Positions 44,315-53,790 of a stretch of DNA of 64,000 bases are shown here, one piece after another. Position 1 is the stretch's first letter; each line of letters begins with the position of its first letter. The stretch is from positions 1,519,753 through 1,583,752 of the forward strand of contig CAWJJM010000012.1 of the NCBI GenBank assembly GCA_963843275.1, written 5' to 3'. The DNA comes from an uncultured Acidobacteriota bacterium (GTDB lineage Bacteria; Acidobacteriota; Thermoanaerobaculia; Multivoradales; JBCCEF01). The notes under the pieces were generated by a model. That model saw nothing but the letters and a program-made list of their open reading frames with translations, was not told where the DNA came from and searched no databases. The position numbers and the translations under genes were made by a program.

Positions 44315-45925
44315 TCAGCCCGGCGGTCGGAGGGCCGGATCGAGCGGGGAGGGCGGCACGCTCGCCTTCCAGAAGGAGGCGAGGATCCTCTCGGCGTCGG
44401 CCGCGGCGGCCGGGTCGCCGGCGGCGCGGGCGGCCGCGGCGAGTCCGACCAGCGAGCGGGTACGGCGCGGGGCGAGCAGCAGGGCGTGGTCGAACTCGGT
44501 GCGGGCCTCGGCGGGCCGGCCGAGGAGCAGCAGCATCTCGCCGCGCAGCTCGTGGGTGGGCTTGACGACGTCCGGCGGTCCGTACTCGAGCGGGCGGGCG
44601 TCCTCGGCGGCCGTGGCCTCGGACACCAGGGCGACGGCCTCCGCCGATCTGCCCTGCCGCCACAGGATCATCGACCGGAGCTCGAGATCGAGGATGCGGG
44701 CCACCTCGATGTCGCGCGCGGCCACCACGTCGTCGTGGTCGTAGAGCTCGCTCTCCGGCGTGGGGCGGGCGCCCTCGACCAGCGAGCGGACCTCGGCCTC
44801 GAGCTGGCGCGCCGCCTCCAGATCGCCGTCCCGCAACGCCTCGAGCGAGCGGCCGAAGCGGTCGGCCACGACGGTCGGAAGCGCCGGCGCGCCGCCGTAG
44901 ACCGGCGCCGCGTCGAGGCTCCCCGCGGGGTGGTTCACCAGCCAGTGCGTCCGCATCTCGGCGGCGTGCCAGAGGTTGCCTTCGTTCGGCGCCGCGAGCG
45001 CATCGGCCTGAGCGGTGGCGAGCTTCTCCCGCGCCTCGTCGGCCCGCCCCTCCTGGAGCAGCGCGTACTCCAGCCAGTAGAGCGCGTGGTGGCTGCGGCC
45101 GGAGAGTGGCAGGCCTTTGCGGACCAGGCGCTTCTCGGAGACGTCGACGGCGATCTCGTTGGCGCGGACGACCGGGTCCCACTCGCCGAGCGCGGTGTAG
45201 ATGTGGGAGATCATGTGCTGGGCGTGGGACGCGGCGGGGGCGATGCCGGCGTAGACGCGGGCGGCGCGCAGCCCGAGCGGCGCGTGGATCGGGTCGTCGT
45301 AGCTGTGGATCAGGTAGTGCGCGGCGCCCGGGTGGAGCGGGTTCCTGGCGAAGACCTCCTCGGCCACCGAGGCGGCCCGCATGTAGGTGCGGAAGTCGCG
45401 GTCGGGGACCGAGCCGAGGATCGCGACCGCGTCGAAGGCCGCCACCTCCAGGTCGTCCGGGTACTTCGCCCGCAGCCGGTCCATGAACTTCATGTAGGCG
45501 ACGTCGCGCTCGCCCTTCGGACCCTCGCCGTAGAGCACCTCGACCGCGCGCAGGAAGTCCTTCTCCCGCTCGGTGGGCGCCTTCGCCAAGCGCCCCTCGG
45601 GCGTGGGCGCCAGCCGGGCCAGCGCGGCGAGGGCCGCCGTGCGGTCCTGCTGCGCCCACAGCGGATGGTTGTAGGTCATCGCCTCGCCCCAGTAGGCGAG
45701 GGCGAAACCGGGGTCGATCCCCTCGGCGTCGCGGAAGGCCTCGGCGGCGTCCTCGAACTCGAAGCTGTGCAGCAGCAGCACGCCGTGCAGGAACGCCTCC
45801 TGCGCCGCCGGCGCGCCGGAGTTCGGGAAGTCGACGCGGCCGAGATCGGCGGGACCGGCGGCGAACGACGGGAGGGCGACGGCCAGGACGGCCACCGCCG
45901 CGAAGCGGGCGCGGTACACGAGCAT
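44315..45925 (-). CDS. Secreted TPR-like helical-repeat protein of unknown function
   Basis: ATG at 45925 behind 'GAGGAGG' ('MLVYRARFAAVAVLAVALPSFAAG'). Conserved-looking 'HPGAAHYLIHSYDDP' and 'SHAQHMISHIY' strings. Confidence 0.75.
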   Translation of the reverse strand: MLVYRARFAAVAVLAVALPSFAAGPADLGRVDFPNSGAPAAQEAFLHGVLLLHSFEFEDAAEAFRDAEGIDPGFALAYWGEAMTYNHPLWAQQDRTAALAALARLAPTPEGRLAKAPTEREKDFLRAVEVLYGEGPKGERDVAYMKFMDRLRAKYPDDLEVAAFDAVAILGSVPDRDFRTYMRAASVAEEVFARNPLHPGAAHYLIHSYDDPIHAPLGLRAARVYAGIAPAASHAQHMISHIYTALGEWDPVVRANEIAVDVSEKRLVRKGLPLSGRSHHALYWLEYALLQEGRADEAREKLATAQADALAAPNEGNLWHAAEMRTHWLVNHPAGSLDAAPVYGGAPALPTVVADRFGRSLEALRDGDLEAARQLEAEVRSLVEGARPTPESELYDHDDVVAARDIEVARILDLELRSMILWRQGRSAEAVALVSEATAAEDARPLEYGPPDVVKPTHELRGEMLLLLGRPAEARTEFDHALLLAPRRTRSLVGLAAAARAAGDPAAAADAERILASFWKASVPPSPLDPALRPPG

Positions 45926-46024
45926 GGGGAACCTCCTCGGAAAGGACGATCCTAGCTCCATCGAGCATCCCGCCGCGCGGCGGCCGTGGGCGGTCGACGC
46001 GCCGGCGGCCGCCGCGGCGCGCGG

Positions 46025-46450
46025 TCAGCCCCCCGCCGGGCCCACCGTGTCCGGCTCCTCCGGACGCGTCGCCGCCCAGGCGCGGAGCACCTCGGCCACG
46101 CTCCAGGCCTGAGCGATGCAGCCGCGGGGGGTGAAAGGCGCCTCGGCGTCGAAGATCTCGCTCAGGGTGCCCAGACCGGCCTCGCCGAGAGCGCCCCCGA
46201 ACCCCTCGATCCAGGCGTGAGCGGCGGCGCGCTCGCCGGGCCGCACCCGCAGCCAGGCGTCGACGTACGGCCCGGCCAGCCAGGCCCACACCGTGCCCTG
46301 GTGGTAGGCCGCGTCGCGGGAGCGGAGGTCTCCGGAGTACCGCGGCCGGAAATCGGGATGGCCCGGGTCGAGCGATCGCAGGCCGACCGGGGTGGCCAGC
46401 CGTGCCCGGACGGTGTCGAAGACGGCCTGCCAGCGCGAGCGGTCGAGCAC
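46025..46450 (-). pseudogene. Remnant: C-terminal ~140 codons of a glycogen debranching enzyme (amylo-alpha-1,6-glucosidase, GDE_C)
   Basis: 'LATPVGLRSLDPGHPDFRPRYSGDLRSRDAAYHQGTVWAWLAGPYVDAW' and 'EIFDAEAPFTPRGCIAQAWSVAEVLR' are the C-terminal end of a normally ~650-700-aa enzyme. In frame just upstream, 'ILALSLDHPVLD' is preceded by a TAG. No N-terminal part precedes the next gene. Confidence 0.7.
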
Positions 46451-46656
46451 CGGGTGGTCGAGCGACAGGGCGAGGATCTACGCCTGGCGCTGGTTCCGGG
46501 TCGGCGCGGCCGACAACACCCTCCGACGACACTCCCACGGCCTGCCGCACAAGGGGTGACGGCGTCCGAGGCACCCCTCGGCAGCGGACCCTCCCGGCCG
46601 CAGGGTCCGCCGGCCCGCCAGTCATCCGTCCGGGCGACTCCCGCCGAGAGAGCCCC

Positions 46657-47301
46657 TCAGGCGTAGAGGTCCCACAGGTGCAACGCCAGCAGGTGCGCCG
46701 GGTAGAAGGCGTAGAAGAGGTGGGTGGGGAGCCGCGGCAGGCGCGGCCGGAGGGTGACGCTGGCGGCGAGGACCAGCGAGCTGCCGAGGGCGAAGAGGTC
46801 GATCGGGACGAGCGGCGGGACGGCGGGGACGGCGTTGGCGGCGAGGCCCGCCGGTCCCGTGGCCCACAGGGCGCCGCGCTCGCTGCGCCGGGCGAGGACG
46901 GCGACGAGCGGGACGATGGCGACGCCGATCGGGCCGTACTCGACGCAGAGGCTCAGCCCCGCCACGAGGACGAGCCCGGCCGCCGCGGCCGGGCGGCCGC
47001 GCCCCTCCGCGAACCGGGCCAGAAGGACGGTCGCCGCGACCCCGGCGAGCAACGTGAAGAGGATGTTGCCCTCGTGCCAGGGGCGGCCGGCGACGACGAC
47101 CACCACGGGTTGGCTGACGATCGCCCAGGGGAGCAGCCGGCGGGCGTAGCGGCCGGCGCGCTCGGGGCGCAGCCCGAGACGGATGCCCACGAGGGCGGCG
47201 AACAACGGGAAGGAGAGCCGGCCGACGGCGTGCGTCGGCGTGAAGAGCTCCGGCGCCACCACTTTCCCCCAGTGGTCGATCGCCATCGTCACGATCGCCA
47301 C
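46657..47301 (-). CDS. TraX-family membrane protein
   Basis: Polytopic membrane protein with the TraX-type N-terminus '(ELELAKW)VAIVTMAIDHWGK'. The track start is GTG 47301. The conserved 'LAKW' lies upstream of it, and a CTG at 47364 overlaps the stop of the preceding gene (CTGA), so the true start may be upstream. Confidence 0.75.
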   Translation of the reverse strand: MAIVTMAIDHWGKVVAPELFTPTHAVGRLSFPLFAALVGIRLGLRPERAGRYARRLLPWAIVSQPVVVVVAGRPWHEGNILFTLLAGVAATVLLARFAEGRGRPAAAAGLVLVAGLSLCVEYGPIGVAIVPLVAVLARRSERGALWATGPAGLAANAVPAVPPLVPIDLFALGSSLVLAASVTLRPRLPRLPTHLFYAFYPAHLLALHLWDLYA

Positions 47302-47360
47302 CCACTTGGCCAGCTCGAGCTCGGCGCCGCCGCGCGATCCGCCCTCGCGGCGCCGCTCGC

Positions 47361-47912
47361 TCAGCCCGGCGCCCTGACGTCGGGCGGCGGCCGGTAGCGC
47401 ACGACCTGCGTCTCCCGCGTCTCCCCGGTCGTCAGGTCGTAGACGTGGACCAGCAGGTCCAGGCCGCAGTGCTCGCCCACCGGGCGCGAGCGGCGGTCGT
47501 CCGCGACGACGCGCACGGCGAAGGTCCCGGTCAGCGGGCCGCCCGCCGGCGCGCCCGCCGTCCCCACCTGGACCAGCTCGCCGTCGGACACCCGCACCGG
47601 CGTGCGCTCGGGCTGGCCGAGCCCCAGGACGCGGACGTCGAACGCCGCCGTGGGATCGGCGCGCAGCTCCTCGGCGAGCGACAGCTCGATCCAGCCGACG
47701 AAGGTGCAGCGGACGGCGTCCTCACCGCCCGGGGTCTCGTCGACCGTGCGCAGCGACAGCAGCAGACCCTCGCCGCCGCCGAGCTGTCCGAGCGTGCCGA
47801 CGTTGACGTGCGGCTTCACCCGCACGAACTTCTCCTTCGACGCCTCCGCCGTGCCGGCGACCAGCAGGCACCCGACGGCGCAGGCGACGAGGACGGAGCT
47901 CCAACGGTTCAT
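47361..47912 (-). CDS. Secreted beta-rich protein of unknown function
   Basis: ATG 47912 behind a strong SD 'AAGGAGG'. Signal peptide 'SSVLVACAVGCLLVAGTAEA'. Confidence 0.7.
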   Translation of the reverse strand: MNRWSSVLVACAVGCLLVAGTAEASKEKFVRVKPHVNVGTLGQLGGGEGLLLSLRTVDETPGGEDAVRCTFVGWIELSLAEELRADPTAAFDVRVLGLGQPERTPVRVSDGELVQVGTAGAPAGGPLTGTFAVRVVADDRRSRPVGEHCGLDLLVHVYDLTTGETRETQVVRYRPPPDVRAPG

Positions 47913-47943
47913 GACGCCTCCTTTCCTTTCCGGACCGCTTCCA

Positions 47944-48444
47944 TCAGACGGGTCGGGGCGGGGGCCCGACGAGCAGGCTGTCGACCAGGCGGGCCTCGCG
48001 CTCGAGCTCCACGGCCAACGTCTCGAGCGGCTTGCGCAGCCCGCGGGCGAGCTTCTTGTCCTCGCGCCCCAGCCGCGGGTAGAGGGCGCGGATCTTCTCC
48101 AGGCTGTCGACCACCCACCGGCGGTTCTCCCGCAGCGCCTCGCGGTACCGCTTCAGCGCGTCCGGGTCGATCGTGCCGTTGGTCGCCTGGGCGGTGGCGA
48201 AGTCGGTGTACATCGGCCGCAGCGTCGCCTCGGCCTCGTCGGCGCACTCCTCCACGTCGCGGCCGATCTCCACGAGCTGGCCGTTCAGCGCGTCGGCGAC
48301 GATGATCTTCGCCGCCTCCCGTGCCGCCTGCACCGCGGGCAGCAGCAGCGCGATCAGCACGCCGATGATGGCGATCACCACCAGCAGCTCGATGAGCGTG
48401 AAGCCGGCGACGCGGCGGCGGACACGTGTGACACCAGGTCCCAC
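47944..48444 (-). CDS. Prepilin-type N-terminal cleavage/methylation-domain protein (pilin/pseudopilin-like) with all-helical C-terminal part
   Basis: GTG 48444 lies 5 nt after SD 'AAAGGAGG', inside track ORF 47944..48516. Class III signal 'RRRVAG|[31 protein letters not shown]'. Confidence 0.8.
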   Translation of the reverse strand: MGPGVTRVRRRVAGFTLIELLVVIAIIGVLIALLLPAVQAAREAAKIIVADALNGQLVEIGRDVEECADEAEATLRPMYTDFATAQATNGTIDPDALKRYREALRENRRWVVDSLEKIRALYPRLGREDKKLARGLRKPLETLAVELEREARLVDSLLVGPPPRPV

Positions 48445-48647
48445 GAGGGCCTCCTTTCCCGAACCCGCCCCGCAGCCGGGAACCGCTGCGGGACGACCCA
48501 TCGATGGATAGTCCACCGAGTATAAGCCCCCGCCGCGCGCGCCCTGCCCCGGGTCCTTGAAGAACGGGCCAGGCGGCCTTTCTCCTCGAGGCTGGCGCGG
48601 TTCTCTTCGGGGGGTGCTCCCGTCCCGCCGGACCTCCGTCCGGAACC

Positions 48648-49052
48648 TCAGCCGGGCGTCAGGAAGCGGCAGCGGGGACCGGGGCTGCGCGCCAGGCGCT
48701 CGTCACAGGTGGCGAGAGGGGCGTCGAGGCCTTCGGCCAGGGCGACGTACCAGGCGTCGTAGGCGGTGAGGTTGCCGCGCAGCTCCCACACGCGCACAGC
48801 GAACGGGGCGTACGGGAACGCGACCAGATCCAGCCTGGCGAGGTCGGCGTGGGCAGCGGTCGCCGCGGCGGCATCGAGCCCTCCGGCGGCCTCGGCCCGC
48901 CGCAGGATGTTGGCCACCTCGGCGAAGACGAGCTCAGGCGCCGCCATCGCGCCGGCCGCGGACGCCAGCGTGCGCTCCGCCCAGCGCCCGAGATCGCCGC
49001 CGTCGCAGAGCGTCGCCACCAGCACCGAGGCGTCGGGAACCAGGGCGCTCAC
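48648..49052 (-). CDS. vapC: PIN-domain toxin VapC
   Basis: GTG 49052 overlaps the antitoxin stop (GTGA). PIN acidic residues lie in 'VPDASVLV', 'FAEVANIL', '[11 protein letters not shown]' and 'TCDERLA'. Confidence 0.8.
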   Translation of the reverse strand: MSALVPDASVLVATLCDGGDLGRWAERTLASAAGAMAAPELVFAEVANILRRAEAAGGLDAAAATAAHADLARLDLVAFPYAPFAVRVWELRGNLTAYDAWYVALAEGLDAPLATCDERLARSPGPRCRFLTPG

Positions 49053-49285
49053 CGCCGGTCGGCGTCGCGCCAGGCGACCAGGTCGGCGGTCGTCAGGCGG
49101 GTCGACTCGCCGGCCTTCCGCCGCCGCACGCCCGCCATCCACGCCTCCGCATCCGGGCGCGCCGCCAGCCTCCCGAGCTCGCGCCATAGGTACTCCTGCA
49201 GCGACCGGCCCTGCACCGCCGCCCGCCCGGCCAGCTCGTCGCGTACCTCGTCGGGAACGTTGCGGATGGTGATGTTCACGGACAT
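49049..49285 (-). CDS. vapB: Ribbon-helix-helix (FitA/Arc-type) VapB antitoxin
   Basis: 'MSVNITIRNVPDEVRDELAGRAAVQGRSLQEYL' is the typical RHH antitoxin N-terminus. It occupies the tail of track ORF 49049..49798. Confidence 0.8.
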   Translation of the reverse strand: MSVNITIRNVPDEVRDELAGRAAVQGRSLQEYLWRELGRLAARPDAEAWMAGVRRRKAGESTRLTTADLVAWRDADRR

Positions 49286-49486
49286 GGGATGGATCCTAGC
49301 ACCTTGCGCCTGCAAACTGCATGCATCACCTCGGCGCTCTTCGTCCCGGCAAACGGAAACTGCGTCCGCCGGGGCCGGCACGGAGCCGGAGCCCGGCCGG
49401 CGGATGCGCCGCCGCCTCGACCGGGCTATGCTCGGGGACAGATCGTCCGTCGCAATCATCCACGCCGTCTCCTCCCGGAGGGACCG

Positions 49487-49975
49487 ATGCGGAAGAAGAC
49501 TCTCGTGCTCCTCGCCGCCCTGGCGGTCGTCACCGTCGCCTGGCCGGCCCACGCCCAGCAGACCTCGCCGTCGCTGGTCACCAGCTACGACCACCTCGCC
49601 GACGTCATCCTCGCCGCCAACGCCGCGGAGGAGAGCCTGGTGCGCTCCGTCCTCGCCGAGCACTACGGCGCCGCCGAGGCCGCCTACAAGGCCGGCGACT
49701 TCGCCAAGGCCGCGGCCCAGATGGCGCTCTTCGCCAACGAGGGCGACAACGCCGCCGGCGGCATCCGCAAGCGGCTGCTCGAGGGCGGCCACCACCACAA
49801 CGCCGCCGGCGAGCAGCAGGGGATCTACGAGCCGGGGTACGTCGTGGTCGACCGCAAGTCGAAGAAGGCCGCGCTCGACGCCTCGGCGGCGCTGCGCCGC
49901 GCCGGCTCCGACGCCGACCGCCAGGCCGCCTGGGACGCCTTCGCCGAGGCCGCCCGGCCGCTGCTGAAGATGTGA
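49487..49975 (+). CDS. Secreted helical protein of unknown function
   Basis: ATG 49487 behind 'GGAGGGA'. Signal peptide 'LVLLAALAVVTVAWPAHAQQ'. Internal 'GGHHHN'. Confidence 0.7.
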   Translation: MRKKTLVLLAALAVVTVAWPAHAQQTSPSLVTSYDHLADVILAANAAEESLVRSVLAEHYGAAEAAYKAGDFAKAAAQMALFANEGDNAAGGIRKRLLEGGHHHNAAGEQQGIYEPGYVVVDRKSKKAALDASAALRRAGSDADRQAAWDAFAEAARPLLKM

Positions 49976-50026
49976 GCCGGGCCGGAACCGGAGCCGCGGG
50001 CCGGCGGCGGCAGGGCGCCGCCGAGC

Positions 50027-53000
50027 TCAGCGGTCGAGGTCCCAACGCGCCGTCCGCTCGCCTCCACGTCGACGACCCGCGAGGCGCCGGCCGCGGTGAG
50101 CCGGTAGCGACCGACCGGCAGCCCGGCCAGGCGCAGGGTGCGCTGCGGCGAGACCGTCGTCGACAGGCCGACCTGGGCGAGGACCCAGGAGACGTCCCAG
50201 CCGAACGGACCGTCGATGGTCACGGCGGCCGCGCGGGGCGCTCACCTCGAGCGCCCCGGTCGCCACCCCGGTGAGCACCAGCCCCTCGCTCGCCGCCTCG
50301 CTCCCCCCGACCCAGCCGCCGAGCACCAGCCGCCCGCCGACCACCGCCGCCGCCCGCACCCGGGCCGGCCAGGCTGGCGACCAGTCGAGCTCCGCGGTCC
50401 CGGAGGCATCGAGCGAGCCGAGCCCGACCTGCCCGCCGTCCCCGGTCACCACGACGAGGCCGCCGCCGGCCGGCGCGTCGCCGATCCGAACCCGGACCCG
50501 CAGGCGCTCGGTCGCCGCCCGGTCGAGGACCAGGACCATGTCCTCGACCTGCCGCCCGGGTGGCACCTCGACCGCGGTCACCGCGGAACGCCGTCCCTCG
50601 TCGCGCGCCTCGAGCCGATGGCCGCCGGCCGGCAGATCGGCGAAAGCGAAGCTGCCGTCGCCGCCGGTCCTGGCGGTGCCGCGCTCGCCGAGCAGCTCGA
50701 CCCGGGCCCCGGCGACCCGCTCCCCGTCGTCGCCGACCACCCGGCCCGCGATCCCCGCGCTGGCGAAGTCGAGCTGCAGCTCGACCCTCTCGCGGTCGGG
50801 GAGCTCGACGTCGCGCGGCGGCGCGGCACCTCCCTCCCCGGGCCGCCAGAGCACCTCCCACCGGCCGGCGGACAACGCCGTCGTCGCGAACCGGCTGTCG
50901 GCTCCCACCGTCACGTCGACCTGCGGCGGGCCGGCCCCGAAGCTCTCGCTCTCGACCGCGCCGAGGGGCGATCGCTGGCGCAGGACGAGGCCCTGGGCCG
51001 GCGCCGGGCGCAGCCACACGAGCGTCCCCGACCGGGCCGGCGCCCGCCCGCCGTCACCGCCCCGGTCACCTCGAGCGGCCGCGCCGCACACTCCACCTCG
51101 ACCACACCGTCGTCGGGGACCTCGAGACGGCGTTCGCAGAGCTGCTCGGGACCGGCCACGACGGTGAGTGTCGCGGGACCGGCGGAACGTGGCGCAGCGA
51201 GGCCCCGCCGTCGACCACCGAGGCGCGCACCATGTCCATCTCCTGCCAGGTGCCGCGCCAGTCCAGACGCGCCTCGGCGCCCTCGGGCAGCTCGCCGGTC
51301 ACCCGGACCGTGGCCCTCGCCGCCAGCAGCACGTCGCCCACGTCGATCGGCGCTCCGGCGACGACCTCGCCCTCGGGCGCGGCGTCGACCCGGGCGGGCG
51401 CCCGGCCGGGCGCCGCGACCCGCAGCGACGCCGCCCCGGTCGCCAGCCCCGAGAGGAGGAACACGCCGTCGCCGCCGCTGGTCGTGGAGACCACGTCGCC
51501 TCGGGCCCAGGCGACGACGTCGCCGCCCAGAGAGCCGGCGCGCGGCGCCCAGACGCGGGCCCCGCCGACCGGCTCGAGGGTGTCCCGGTCGAGCAGGCGG
51601 CCGGTGACCCTCCACCCCGTCGCGGCGCCGCGTCGCCGAGGACCAGCTCGTCGCCGGGCGGGAGCGGCGGCACCTTCCGCACGACGGCGAGGGTCGACGG
51701 CGAACGGAGCTCGAGGACCGCGGCGCGCTCGGGAACGAGGTCGAGCGAGAAGGTGCCCTCGGCGGGCAAGGGCTGGTCGCGGAACCCCGCACCCTGCCGC
51801 ACCCGGACCTCCGCCCCGCGAGGGGGCCCGTCCTCCCCCACCAGCCGCCCGGACACCCGCACCGCCCGGCGCAGCTCGACCTCCAGCTCCTCGGGCAGCG
51901 GCGGCACCACCGAGCCCTCCCAGGGCAGGTGACCCGTAGCCCGGGCCCGCAGCTCGAGGCCCTCGTCGAACGCGACCCGGTGCAGGACCGCGCGACCCCG
52001 CCCATCGGTCCGGGCGCTCTCGCCGCCGGCGGTGAGCACCTCGGCGCCGGCGACCGGGCCGCCGGTGTCGTCGGAGACCCGGACCGCCAGCGACCGCGCC
52101 GGCCACAGAGTGACGTCGCCCAGCCGCCAACGGCCTTCGCAGCTCCCGAGGTCGAGCGGCCGGCGGAGCGGCGCGAGGTCCGACCGCCGCGCGGCCAGCA
52201 TCACCGGAGCGGCCGGCAGCGGCCCGATCCGGAACCCTCCCGCCCCGTCGCTCCGCGAGTGCGTCCGCACCAGCAATCCGTGACCGCCGGGCTCCCACCC
52301 CTCGGCTTCGAGCTCGACGCCGTCGAGAGGCTGCGCCCGTTCGCCCACCGCCCGGCCCACCACCTCGCAACCGTCGGCGAGGCGGATCTCCGGCGGCAGG
52401 TCGCCCGCCGCGCCCAGCAGCCGGCGCGGCAGCTTCCCCCGCGCGGTCGCCACGCTGGCCAGCTCGAGCGACGGCGGCAGCCCCTCGAGCCGCACCCTCC
52501 CGCGCGAGTCCGAGACCGCGAAGGCCCGGAAACGATCCTCCGAGGGTCCCGGCAGAAGGAGGGTGAGCGCGGCCTCGGAGAGTGGCGCGCCGTCGCCATC
52601 GGCGATGTCCACGACCGGGCTCGTGGCCGGCTCGAGGTCGACCTCCAGGCTCCGCCGGCCGGCGGGCACCTCGACCACAGGGCCAGCTCCCACGAGGTCC
52701 CGCCGCCCTCGGCGCGCCGCAGGACGAGGCCCGGCCCGGCGGCCAGCGGCAGGATCTCGTCGAGGCTGGTGTGGCGATCGACCCACGCCCAGCGCGCCTC
52801 CTCGTCCCCGGACAGCTCGAGCTTGGTCGCCTCGTCGAACGTGCAGGCGGTGTCGATCCCCAGGGCCGTCGCGTCCCACCGGCGGATCTCGTGGCCGGTG
52901 AAATCGAGCTCGAAGGCCCGGGCTCCGCAACCGGGCACGATCAGCACGCGGTCGTCGGCGACGAATCGCACCGCGCCGATCTCGAAGGCTCCGCAGGCGT

Positions 53001-53592
53001 CGATCGGGCGGCGCCGGCGCCCGCCGCCGAGCGGCGCAGCGGGCGCAGGTCGAGGGCCCCGCGGTCGGGGATCCTGATCCAGCCGATGCACCCTGCTCGG
53101 GGAGCGGCCTCGTCACCCGGCCCGCGGCGCAGCCCGAGGACGGCCAGCCGCCGGCCGCGGACGTCGAGGTCCTCCACCGAGACCATGGGAAGCCGCCCCC
53201 CGCGCGCCGTTCCACGCTCGTTCCAGTCGAGGGAGAAGACCGGAGGGGCCACGGCCAGCAGCTCGTCGCTCAACCCGAGCCGGGCGGGGATCCACAGCCC
53301 GCGATCGCCCCCGCCCACGCGGCGCCAGGTCCGGAAGCGCCCCGGCGACGCGAGCGGCACCGCCACCACCCCGACGTCGACCACCGTGAGCAGGGCCGTC
53401 CCGTCGTCGAGCCAGCGCACGTCGCTGGCCCGGGCCAGAGCGGGCGGCAGCTCGATCTCGGCGACCCGCCTCAAGCCGGACCGTTCGTCTCCGATGCCAG
53501 GGCCCAAGCCCCGCGTCGGAGCGACACGAAAGAGAGAGCGATGCGGCGCCAAGGGCGATCGCCGCCCTGCTGACCCTGGATCGACGAATCAA
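50027..53592 (-). pseudogene. Large secreted/surface protein with ~7 carboxypeptidase-regulatory-like (CarboxypepD_reg) repeats, broken by at least 6 frameshifts
   Basis: Natural-looking sequence passes successively through track ORFs 52941..53552, 52201..53091, 51299..53215, 51066..52370, 50911..52005, 50027..51091 and 49825..50223. Repeats include 'GRVVGDDGERVAGARVELLGERGTARTGGDGSFAFADLPAGGHRLEA' and 'WRVTGRLLDRDTLEPVGGARVW'. A signal-peptide-like 'IRRSRVSRAAIALGAASLSLS' starts at TTG 53592. Both the start and the 3' end are uncertain. Confidence 0.7.
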
Positions 53593-53790
53593 GGCGGGAA
53601 TCGGGTCTGGTTTCGGTCCAAGGGCGAGCAGGCGGTCCGATCCGTGGTGCAGGAACCTCCGCTCTGGTTGGTGCACTCGGTACAGCCAGGACCGGTGGAG
53701 GCGCATACCCGCTGCCCCTCGATCGTGGCGACCCGGGCGCATTCGGCGCCTCCTTTGTCTGCTAAATGAAGTGTCGGTTGCGGCCCGAAA

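Noticed and set aside
48445-48647. TATACT -10-like hexamer and an 8-bp hairpin (CCCGCAGC/GCTGCGGG) upstream of the pilin-like gene.
   Set aside because: No acceptable -35 lies at 16-18 nt, and the hairpin has no U-tract or recognisable riboswitch core. I noted it but did not call it.
49825-50026. Extension of track ORF 49825..50223 across the 3' end of the convergent secreted-protein gene.
   Set aside because: The tail ('TSTAELGGALPPPARGSGSGPAHIFSSG...') loses protein-like character and overlaps the 49487..49975 gene by 150 nt. The adjacent frame stops at 50027, which is the more plausible end after one more shift.
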